Shown here in pieces: positions 8,933 to 17,131 of a DNA stretch of 17,486 bases. Made by a program: the position numbers and the translations under genes. Positions within the stretch are counted from its first letter, which is position 1. Each line of letters starts with the position of its first letter. The notes beneath the pieces were generated by a model that was not told the DNA's origin, searched no databases, and saw nothing but the letters and a program-made list of their open reading frames with translations. Location of the stretch: positions 1 to 17,486 of the forward strand of contig JAQBGU010000174.1 in NCBI GenBank assembly GCA_032128375.1, in the 5' to 3' direction. Origin of the DNA: Deltaproteobacteria bacterium. GTDB taxonomy: Bacteria > Myxococcota_A > UBA9160 > SMWR01.

Positions 8933-9849
8933 GATGTCCCCGTGCTGAAGCGATTCACCATATCTTCGAGAACCCTTCGAACCAGTTGAAAATAGATTCC
9001 GTCTTGGGCATCCATGCTTCTTGGTGAGACCGTCATCGCGCCTGCTCCTTCTGACCGCTTGGGTTCTGGTGCTGCGTGGCCCTTCGATACGCGCGGTAAA
9101 CAGAACGAAGTATGCCGACGACTGCATTCGAAGAGCTGACTGAGTGAAACGGCGCTGTCGAATTGCTCGCTGACGGTTCCGTCGTAAAACCAGATCGCTT
9201 CGCCGGACTTCACGTCAATCACTGTCGCATTCGTTGTGGCACCCATTCTGTTTGGCGGGAGCGCGGACTGCTCCCACCGGTGAACATGCGACTCGAGCGA
9301 CTGAGCGCGAGATTCTGGAACAGCGATGGGTGGACCGCGGCGGCCACTTCGGTCGGACTCGAAGAAGCGCCGTTTCCACTGCAGATCGCTTCCCAGATTC
9401 GCCTGGATCCGCTCAAGAGAATTGACTTGGAATACGACGTCAGCCCCCAGCTCGCCTGCAGCTTCAATTGGCGTGAAATGTGCTTCATGAATCACGATCT
9501 GCCGCATTGCGTTCCAAGAAACCACCTTGTATCCCGCTCTAACGAAGGCCATCTCGAGTTCACTCATCTCGACCCCGCACCTTGTGCGGAGAATCTGAGC
9601 GACCCCTTTGAAATCGCCGCGGGTTTCCGCGGATGAATTGTCCGCACATCGATCGGGCGCTCCGAGTGCGATTACGGGTTTCCTATCGAATCCCGAACGG
9701 TAGGTTTCGGTCGTCGTGATCTCCGGCTGGGCAAGCCCGGAATCAGCTGATTGGAACTCAGACTCAACGAGATAGTAAGGGTTGCAGCCCGCGAGAACCG
9801 CGAGCAGCGGAATCAGCCCAGCAAGAGCGGATTGGCGCCTTGTTCTCAT
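8929..9849 (-). CDS. Hypothetical lipoprotein (306 aa), CsgG/LpoB-like alpha/beta fold suspected
   Basis: GGAG RBS, MRTRRQSALAGLIPLLAVLAG-C lipobox. ELEMAFVRAGYKVV, AAGELGADVVF and ATVIDVKSGEAIW resemble CsgG/HfaB/DUF799-type lipoproteins. Confidence 0.78.
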   Translation of the reverse strand: MRTRRQSALAGLIPLLAVLAGCNPYYLVESEFQSADSGLAQPEITTTETYRSGFDRKPVIALGAPDRCADNSSAETRGDFKGVAQILRTRCGVEMSELEMAFVRAGYKVVSWNAMRQIVIHEAHFTPIEAAGELGADVVFQVNSLERIQANLGSDLQWKRRFFESDRSGRRGPPIAVPESRAQSLESHVHRWEQSALPPNRMGATTNATVIDVKSGEAIWFYDGTVSEQFDSAVSLSQLFECSRRHTSFCLPRVSKGHAAPEPKRSEGAGAMTVSPRSMDAQDGIYFQLVRRVLEDMVNRFSTGTS

Positions 9850-10067
9850 GAATGTGCTCCATCCCTGACGTCGGGGCTGGTAGACGAACGAGACGATTGG
9901 CGATCGATCGAACGTTGATTGGGAATAGATCGCGCCGCGTGTGGACCTGAACACAATACCACCGCCGCCGCAAACGAGATTCGAAATTTGGCCCGCCGCG
10001 GCCGACACTTGGTCGGCTGTAGGAAGCGGGCTGGTCTATCATCCCCCCGCCGGCCAAGCGAGCGTCC

Positions 10068-10590
10068 ATGTCCCTTGAATCCCTCCCCAATACCCGTGCC
10101 CCCTGGATGACCCTCTGGGTGTACCTGGGCTCGAAGGTAGGATCACAATCGAAATCGGCTCGCGAATGACGCGGTCGCTGGGGCGCTGTGACACTGGCAA
10201 GCGTGTCATTCGAATTTCTCGAGCGGTCGAAAGCATCGGAGGAGAGCTGCTACACGAGGTGCTGTGCCATGAGGCGGCGCATGTTGCCGCAGTCGAACTC
10301 CACGGTCCCCGCATTCGCCCTCACGGCGTGGAGTGGAAGAGTCTGATGCGGCTGGCTGGGTTTGATCCGCGGGCACGAATTCCATCTCGCGATCTCCCGC
10401 CCGCTTTGGCAGGGCAATCAACGGTTCGCCGCGTCCGCTGGGAACATCGATGGCCCGTCTGCCAAGCGGTGCGAACGGCGGGGCGCCCCGTCCACCAATG
10501 GCGTTGTGTGCAGTGCGTCGAGGCCCGCCTTCTGGAACGCTCGCCATCACGCGGCTCGAGCCGAAAGCGATAACTCAGGCGATTCGTTGA
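10068..10590 (+). pseudogene. SprT-like zinc metalloprotease with C-terminal zinc ribbon, frameshifted
   Basis: SRMTRSLGRC, LLHEVLCHEAAH (HExxH) and RPHGVEWKSLM. The ATG 10068 frame (MSLESLPNTRAPWMTLW) joins GVPGLEGRITIE by a shift at about 10117-10120. The ribbon reads HRWPVC...CVQC (first Cys is TGG at 10451); a second shift is probable at about 10530. Confidence 0.75.
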
Positions 10591-10679
10591 CCCCAGGCGC
10601 TCTTCCCGACAAACGGCTTCAGGGAGTGCTTCTTCGTCGAGTCGTCGGTTCCGAATCGCGGAGGATCACTACATCTCAG

Positions 10680-11948
10680 TCAGCGCCGCATCGCTCCCAC
10701 CTTCATCGCATCCGGCGTTGTGATGTAGATTGGCTTCTGGGCCCCATCCTTGGTGACGCTGAGAAGATTTTGGTCTACGTCGACAAATAGGTCGACGATC
10801 TTTTCGAGTTGGATCGAAGTGGTTCCGGAGTGAACCAGTAGGATCCGCTTGTTTGTAACTGCGAGCGTCCCTTCCTTGTCGATCACGAGTCCCCGCTCGC
10901 TGAATTTCTGACCATCTTGCTGGAACCGCCTCAGCACCTTCGACTTGAGAATCCTGCCGACTCCGATGTAGTGGCATGATTCGCTCTTCTGCAATTTGAC
11001 ATACGGCTCGAGCTCCGGGAGCTGCCCCCCGCGAATCACCCGAATTTCTCTGAGCTGCTGAAGAATCTCGAGTTCCTCGGCAATCGCTGAATCCGAAATT
11101 CCCAGCTCCTGACGAATGTGGTCGAGCGTCTCTTCCTCGCGGTTCTCCAGCTCGTGGTCCGCGATGGCTTCGAGGTACGCACTGCGAAAACAGTCGACGC
11201 GAACCCGCTCGACAAACTTCTCTTCGAGTTGAAAGGCGTTCTTCAGCTGATCGAGGAGAAACAGCTCATCGGCTTCAACCCGGCGATCTTCCACAACTGC
11301 CGTCATTGCTGCGATGTAGATCTGCGCGCAGCCGAATGTCTTTTCCTCCTGATAGAGGTCTTCCTTCGACAAAATGCACTTGATTCGAGAAAGCTCGGCG
11401 TCTGTGAGAGACCGTGCATCTTGGATCACTCCCGCCAGTTCGCGCGCGATGTTCGCGTTAGAAGCGTTCTTGGCCCGCATGCGGATCGCAACGAAAAGTG
11501 CCACCGCTCCGAGCGGAATTGCGAATCCCAATGCGACATGTGCGGGCCCGATCTCGGCTCCGAGTCTGCTCAGCGCCCCAAAGGCAACAACGACCGCAAC
11601 CGAGAAGCCGAACACGAAAAGACCCGTTGGTGTACTCCGACGTGGGTAGCCCTCGAGCAACGGGCCCCGCTCGATCGAGAAAGAGGTCGGCGCATACGTG
11701 GTTCCGGGGTCAGTGTTCAGCTCTTCGATCTCTCCTGCCCGCTCGCCCCCCGTGCGTACACCGGAACCGTTGAATCCCAGTGCTTGTCGATGGTAAACAC
11801 CGCCGCGACCGACGTGCGTGTATGCCCGCCCGCGAGAGTTCACTCCGATCCGTGCCCCTTTGACTCCGGCCGAAACTCCGATTCCGCTCTTTGAAAGATT
11901 CAGCCGAACGGGCCCAAGCCGGAAACTCTTTCGGAGGTAGAAACCCAC
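10680..11948 (-). CDS. DUF4236 domain membrane protein with TerB-like helical repeats and C-terminal PH-like domain (422 aa)
   Basis: GTG 11948 with AGGGG RBS; N-terminus GFYLRKSFRLGPVRLNLSKSGIGVSAGVKGARIG (DUF4236); two TM helices; AVVEDRRVEADELFLLDQL and AIADHELENREEETLDHIRQELGI; EGTLAVTNKRILL. Confidence 0.85.
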   Translation of the reverse strand: MGFYLRKSFRLGPVRLNLSKSGIGVSAGVKGARIGVNSRGRAYTHVGRGGVYHRQALGFNGSGVRTGGERAGEIEELNTDPGTTYAPTSFSIERGPLLEGYPRRSTPTGLFVFGFSVAVVVAFGALSRLGAEIGPAHVALGFAIPLGAVALFVAIRMRAKNASNANIARELAGVIQDARSLTDAELSRIKCILSKEDLYQEEKTFGCAQIYIAAMTAVVEDRRVEADELFLLDQLKNAFQLEEKFVERVRVDCFRSAYLEAIADHELENREEETLDHIRQELGISDSAIAEELEILQQLREIRVIRGGQLPELEPYVKLQKSESCHYIGVGRILKSKVLRRFQQDGQKFSERGLVIDKEGTLAVTNKRILLVHSGTTSIQLEKIVDLFVDVDQNLLSVTKDGAQKPIYITTPDAMKVGAMRR

Positions 11949-11961
11949 AAGATATCCCCTG

Positions 11962-12147
11962 TTAAAGAAGCTCTCCGCAATGACCACATCGCCGGTCGTT
12001 GCCTGCCTCGGAGAACGCCGAGGCCAAGATTCCCGCCGGAAACGCAACGAGTCCGACGCCTAGGACCATGACCACACCGCCGACAGCCTTGCCCAGAGCG
12101 GTGACTGGAATGACATCTCCGTATCCGACGCTGGTGAGTGTGACTAT
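11962..12147 (-). pseudogene. 3' remnant of a potassium channel / ion transporter gene
   Basis: IVTLTSVGYGDVIPVTALGK selectivity filter, inner helix VMVLGVGLVAFPAGILASAF and tail CGHCG before the stop. Upstream in-frame sequence has no TM helices. Confidence 0.85.
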
Positions 12148-12434
12148 CCGTAGAGAAAGCCCCTCATTTCGCCCCCCGGCATCGGCTGGACTGTCCGAAT
12201 GGCAGCCGAGCGTCCGGTGGACCGTATCGGCATATGGCGGCGCGGGGTTGTGCGAATCCACATTCCTGAGACGATTGAACCCAGGCTCTGCGTTCAAAGA
12301 ACCGAGAGCAGAGGGAGGAGTCGCTAGATTCGCACCTGTTTCGTCTCCGAAGGCCCTGCTGTCGCTGACGAATACCGCTACGAGCGATCTCAATCGCGCA
12401 CTTACAGTTGGGCGGGAATTTGAAACTAAGGCCG

Positions 12435-13196
12435 ATGGGAGAAGCGCATCACATGCCTACAGGATTGCCCCGTCATCGAAGAGACGGGAGGAAGAGCGGG
12501 ATCGATAGTCTGATCTCGAAGCTCGACGCCTACTACAAACGGCAGGGCATTCACCCGCTTGACTTCAGCTGCGTTCACCACGCCTCGTGCAGCGCAAATT
12601 GCAAGAACTTCACGGAAGCCAGGGCCTCGCTCGTAGGTTATCGATACGGCAAACCGATCCGTGTGGTGGTGCTTTCGCTCGACCCCGGCTCGGGATGGGC
12701 CGATCCAAGGGAGCGTACTTTCGAGGGCGTTGCGGCGAGAGTTGCGGCGAACGATCCGGATCGCCTCCCCAAGCACAAACATTGGTATCGGACCCACGAA
12801 ACGGTCGCCGCAGTTCTCTCCTACTTTTCTGACGAAAGACTTGCGCCTCGCGACGCCGCGGGTCGTTTCGCGCACGTCAACGCCGCGAAGTGTTCGCACA
12901 ACCTGCCAAACAGCAAACAAGCACCCGCCCGTCTATTCAAGAACTGCCGCGGCTTTCTCGAAGCAGAGCTCGCGTTACTCGAGCCCGACATCGTCATCAC
13001 CCAGGGCCGAAGCGCGGCGAGAGTCGTCGCTCCGTGGAAGAAGCGATCGCGCTGGAAGAACGTGCTGGAGATCGATGGCCACTGCTTCTATTGGATGGAG
13101 CTCGTTCATCCAACCGCACATGGAGGGGCGTATGGGCAGGAGCGGAAGACCTGGCCAGGAAGGTTCCGGCGGGCTCGTCGTTGGGTTGAGGCGTAG
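12435..13196 (+). CDS. Uracil-DNA glycosylase superfamily protein (atypical motif A)
   Basis: IRVVVLSLDPG (motif A position), HVNAAKCS, LFKNCRGFLEAELALLEPDIVITQG and LVHPTAHG (motif B, HPS-like). The start could be 12435 or 12453. Confidence 0.82.
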   Translation: MGEAHHMPTGLPRHRRDGRKSGIDSLISKLDAYYKRQGIHPLDFSCVHHASCSANCKNFTEARASLVGYRYGKPIRVVVLSLDPGSGWADPRERTFEGVAARVAANDPDRLPKHKHWYRTHETVAAVLSYFSDERLAPRDAAGRFAHVNAAKCSHNLPNSKQAPARLFKNCRGFLEAELALLEPDIVITQGRSAARVVAPWKKRSRWKNVLEIDGHCFYWMELVHPTAHGGAYGQERKTWPGRFRRARRWVEA

Positions 13197-13278
13197 GTGG
13201 GTGACGACGTGGCTCGCCCCTCAGCGAAGGGCATGGCAAGGTTCGGTCCACGCGGTGTCAGTGCGCCCAGCGAACGCG

Positions 13279-13786
13279 CTACGCAACGGCTGACGCAAAT
13301 GAGACGAATAGGATCTCCCGGAAGCGGGTATTGCAATCGCCACGTGATCGCCATCGGGCGCTCGCCTTCATGGCTGACGTATGTTGCAGGGCCGAGGAAC
13401 CAGAACGCGCGTAGGTCTTGTCGCTCTCGGGCGAACAGCATGATCGATGACCCCTGCTGTTCGTGATTGCGGTATCGCAGGCCGGTTTCACTTTCGGCTC
13501 GCGTCACCGACTGGCTCTCCCAATGAATCAGACTTGGGCTGATCGCGGAGTCGCGGTAGCGCGTAGTGGGCGAGAACTGTCCGCTGGTCTTGTCGCGCGT
13601 GAATGCGAACAGATCGGCGCGTTCTCCATCGATCCAGTGGACGCCCGTTTGCCACGCCGCAACCTTGGCCGTCGGTTGCGGATGGAAGGCAGCCATGATT
13701 TCGAGTCGCGAGTATCGGGCGTGAACCTGGAGTGGCACGTTGGGATGGCTGCGCAAAGGGAATCGGCGGGACACCCACTGTGACAT
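13279..13786 (-). pseudogene. C-terminal DUF3427 domain remnant of a PLD/helicase/DUF3427 gene
   Basis: VPLQVHARYSRLEI, WQTGVHW, FSPTTRYRDSAISPSLIHWESQS and FWFLGPATYVSHEGERPMAITWRL. An extra base at 13311-13312 separates PLPGD from LFVSFASAVA-stop. No helicase part upstream. Confidence 0.88.
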
Positions 13787-13796
13787 ACTCCGTCAC

Positions 13797-15611
13797 GTGT
13801 GGATCCGACATTCTCTTGCCCTTGCGATCGGGATCACCGTTTGGCTCGGTCTCGCGGCAGCTGTGCGTGCCGAGGTGATCGACATCGCGACGCTCGACAC
13901 GTCGGGTGGCTTCATGCGGGTCCACGGCAGTGCGGGGGATGGGGACGGCAGTTTCGGTGTGCCTGTCGCGGGTGGCGCGGACTGCGATGACGACGGCGCA
14001 CGCGACATCGCGTTCGCGGCGATGCGCGCCAATCCATTCGGGCGCGACAATGCCGGAGAGGTCTATCTCGTGTTTGGCGACGCCACGATCAGCGGGACCC
14101 TCGATACCGCGGACATGCAGCCGCGAATCCTCGTCGTGACTGGGGCTCACATCAGCGAGAACGCGGGAAGCGAAATCTGGATGGACGACGTCACGGGGGA
14201 CGGCGTCGGCGATCTGCTGGTCGCGCGCCAGAATCACGATGCGGATGCCGCCCGCCTCGGCGCAGGAGCACTCTCGATCGTTGTCGGCGGCCCCGAGCTG
14301 GCCGCACAGGCCCTGACCGGTCTACCCCTCGATCTAGCGGCGCCTCCGCAGTCGATCACGGTGACGACCCCGGTCGGCGCTGCAGCTGGCGATCGGCTTG
14401 GAATCTGGATGCGCACCGGAGACGTCGATGGAGACGCGATCGCCGACATCGTCGTCGGTGCCGATCAGCAGGGTCCCGACCATCGGGGCGGCGCCTGGGT
14501 GGTGCGCGGGGGCAGCCATCTCGCGGCGGGCGGTACGATTGATCTGGCGAGCTTCGGGTCGACCGCGATCGTGGGGCACCTCGCCCGGCTCACGCCATCG
14601 CTCACCGCGCCCGTTCACAGCCATCTCGGCGCGACGGTCCAGATCGGCGATCTCGACGGAAATGGTCGAGCGGAGGTACTGATCGCAGCCACCCTGAACC
14701 GCGCAGGCGGGGGTCTGCAGTCGAATCTCGGCGGCAGCCACGGTTCGGGCGGTGAAGTCGACGGAACGCTCTACATCGCCTGGGACGACAACTTCAGCGC
14801 AGACCCCTGGACGGCCGGCTACACATTCGCGGTCGACGCCACGCCCGGGACTGGCACGGCCATCAACGGCAGTATCCCGAGCCGAAACTTTGGCGAGGAG
14901 ATCATCGCCGGGTTCGACTTCGACGACGACGACAACCCGGATTTGTTCGTTGGCGACATCGTGGGGGACGCGAGTCCGCTCGGAAACCGACCGGGCTCGG
15001 GTCATGGCTACGTCTTTTATCACGCGGCCGGGCTCGCGGGCCTCAGCTTCGACCTGGGATCGCCGCCCCCGGGCCTCGTGACGACGCTGATCCTCGGCGC
15101 CGCAACGAGCGACCTCGCCGCAGATACCGCCATCGGCGGAGACTTCGACGCAGACGGCATCGACGATCTGTCGATCGCATCGCCTCACCACGACTCGCTG
15201 GGCCGCGACAGCGCTGGCGCCCATCACGTTCTGTTCGGGAATTCCGTCCGGTGGCCTGCGGTCATCGACCTTGCGTCGCTGCCGGACCCGTCCGTCGTCA
15301 GGATCACGGAACTGTTCGGCGCCGAAGGGACGGCGGGTTCGAGTACGGGGGACACGCTGGGGTACAGCGCCGCTGCCGGCTTCATCGATGCCGATGCCCG
15401 CTTGGACCTGATCACCAACGAGATGGTCGGGGACGGCCTCGGCGGTACACCCGAAGACGTCGGAAACCTCGTCGTTGTGTCCGGAGCGCTGCTCGCACCG
15501 GAGCCTCCGGCTGCGCTACTCGCCGCAGTGGCGCTGCTGGCTGTCGCGGGGTTGAAACAGTCGCAGTGGTTGAAACAGTTGAAGCAGTCGAAGAGCCGGA
15601 TGCGTCGCTGA
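13797..15611 (+). CDS. FG-GAP (integrin-alpha-like) repeat surface protein with PEP-CTERM-like sorting signal
   Basis: Signal peptide ...LGLAAAVRA|EV from GTG 13797; repeated DxDxDG motifs (DCDDDG, DVTGDG, DVDGD, DLDGNG, DFDDDD, DFDADG) with AGEVYLVFG-type strands; C-terminus APEP + hydrophobic helix + basic tail. Confidence 0.88.
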   Translation: MWIRHSLALAIGITVWLGLAAAVRAEVIDIATLDTSGGFMRVHGSAGDGDGSFGVPVAGGADCDDDGARDIAFAAMRANPFGRDNAGEVYLVFGDATISGTLDTADMQPRILVVTGAHISENAGSEIWMDDVTGDGVGDLLVARQNHDADAARLGAGALSIVVGGPELAAQALTGLPLDLAAPPQSITVTTPVGAAAGDRLGIWMRTGDVDGDAIADIVVGADQQGPDHRGGAWVVRGGSHLAAGGTIDLASFGSTAIVGHLARLTPSLTAPVHSHLGATVQIGDLDGNGRAEVLIAATLNRAGGGLQSNLGGSHGSGGEVDGTLYIAWDDNFSADPWTAGYTFAVDATPGTGTAINGSIPSRNFGEEIIAGFDFDDDDNPDLFVGDIVGDASPLGNRPGSGHGYVFYHAAGLAGLSFDLGSPPPGLVTTLILGAATSDLAADTAIGGDFDADGIDDLSIASPHHDSLGRDSAGAHHVLFGNSVRWPAVIDLASLPDPSVVRITELFGAEGTAGSSTGDTLGYSAAAGFIDADARLDLITNEMVGDGLGGTPEDVGNLVVVSGALLAPEPPAALLAAVALLAVAGLKQSQWLKQLKQSKSRMRR

Positions 15612-15677
15612 GTCTGCAGCGGGGCTCTCCGCGAAGGCGCGGATACGGAATCACGAGGTGTCGTTGGCTCGGGTGCC

Positions 15678-15708
15678 GCGCGAGCCGAAGGCCGCAGCTG
15701 GCTCGCGC
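15678..15708. terminator. Inverted repeat between convergent genes
   Basis: GCGCGAGCC-N13-GGCTCGCGC, a perfect 9-bp stem, with no clear U tract. Confidence 0.3.
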
Positions 15709-15719
15709 TGCCGGCGGGT

Positions 15720-16744
15720 TCAGCGCCAGTTCACCGCGATCAGGCGATGTTCCCCTGAGATACCCTTCAGGGTGACGACCTGCTCGTCGGCAAAGCGCAG
15801 GTTGGCCGCGCCCTCGACCTTTTGCCGAACGTCCTCGGAGATCAGGAGTTCGTTGGCTGCAGCGAGATCCGAGATGCGGAACGCTTGAATGACCGTCTTG
15901 CCGAAGAACTTGTCCACGTCGCGAATCGGCCCCCAACCGCCTGCTCCGGCGGCATGTAGGTTGCTGTGCCAACCATGGTGCCGTCCTGGGTGATCCGCGT
16001 ACGGTCGAGCGCCACCGCGAGGCCGAAGTCGCCGAGCTTGGCGTCGCCTTCGGGTGTCAGCCAGACGTTGCCGGGCTTCAGATCGCGGTGCACGATGCCG
16101 CTCTTGTGAGCGTGCTCGAGAGCACCACAGATCTGCGTCGCGATGCGGAGCGTATCTTCGATCGGAAGGCGGTGGGCGTCCGCGGCGGCGAGCTTGTGGT
16201 CGAGGTCGCCGCCGGCGATGAACTGGCAGACGAGATAGACCTGACCTCTCTCGTCGTCGACGTCGTGAACCGTGACGATGTTCGGGTGATCGCCGAGGCG
16301 TCCCATGGCTTCGGCCTCGCGGCGAACGCGCGCCATGTCGAGCCCCTCGCTCTTCACGAAGGCGATGGCCACGTCGCGGTCGAGCCGTGTGTCGCGGGCC
16401 AGGTGAACGCGCTTCTTGGCACCTTCCCCGAGAAAGCGCACGAGTTCGTAACGCCCGCCCGCGAGGATGCGTGGCACCTGCTCGCTCGATTGTCTGGGCG
16501 GATGGGGGGGCGCATGGGGGGGCGAATCGAGCGGCGAAGGAAGAACCGTTGTCGAAGCAGGTCCCAACCCGAGGGCACCGGCCAGCGCACCCGCAGCGAG
16601 GTTGGTGGCACACTTTCCACAGAAGCCGAACTCTGCTGGGTTCTCGAAACTACACGAAGGGCAGACCCGCGCGAGTGCGGACCCGCACTTCCCGCAGAAG
16701 TTCATGCTAGGCGGGTTGGTCCAATCACAGGCCGGACAGATCAT
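15720..16744 (-). pseudogene. Double zinc ribbon + Ser/Thr kinase + class III cyclase gene with a large internal deletion
   Basis: CPAC/CGKC/CPSC/CGKC ribbons; kinase LGEGAKKRV, HPNIV, HRDLKPGN, DFG and GTATYMPPEQ, stopping after subdomain VIII. From about 15929 another frame gives PIRDVDKFFGKTVIQAFRI...ELLISE...LKGISGEH, the C-terminal part of an adenylate/guanylate cyclase. Confidence 0.88.
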
Positions 16745-17068
16745 TCGCGTAGTCTACGGCTTCTCGGCTTGGAGAGGCACCAATCGTTTGAGCTTCGCCC
16801 TCCCCAGCCGCTCGAGGCCCTTCACCCGGCGTATCGATACTTCCGGACCAGCTCTTGATCGCGAATCGTTCTCCTTCATCCGAATCGAGTACATCTCGAG
16901 ACCCGCAGCCCAGGATAGAAGGCGTCGCAGCATACCGCGCCATCGTACCGCTCCAGTCGTGTCGCCTCCACCGATTCGACGCCACCGATGTCTTTCAAGA
17001 TCTGCAGCATCGGCGCCAGCGATCTCCCGATGCCCCGAAGGAAGTTTGCCCGCACGCGCTGACGATCT

Positions 17069-17092
17069 TGCGGAGAGCTTCGCTACTCCGCA
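17069..17092 (-). terminator. Hairpin downstream of the GS-III remnant
   Basis: TGCGGAG-T-AGC-GAA-GCT-CTCCGCA on the minus strand: 10-bp stem with one bulge, 40 nt after the stop at 17132. Confidence 0.4.
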
Positions 17093-17131
17093 GTGTGTGA
17101 CGCCTGGCGCACGCGAACTACACGATGCGAA

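Noticed and set aside
11962..12393. Full-length 143-aa potassium channel
   Set aside because: The first 80 or so residues are hydrophilic and lack the outer helix and pore-helix start; only the last 61 codons are channel-derived.
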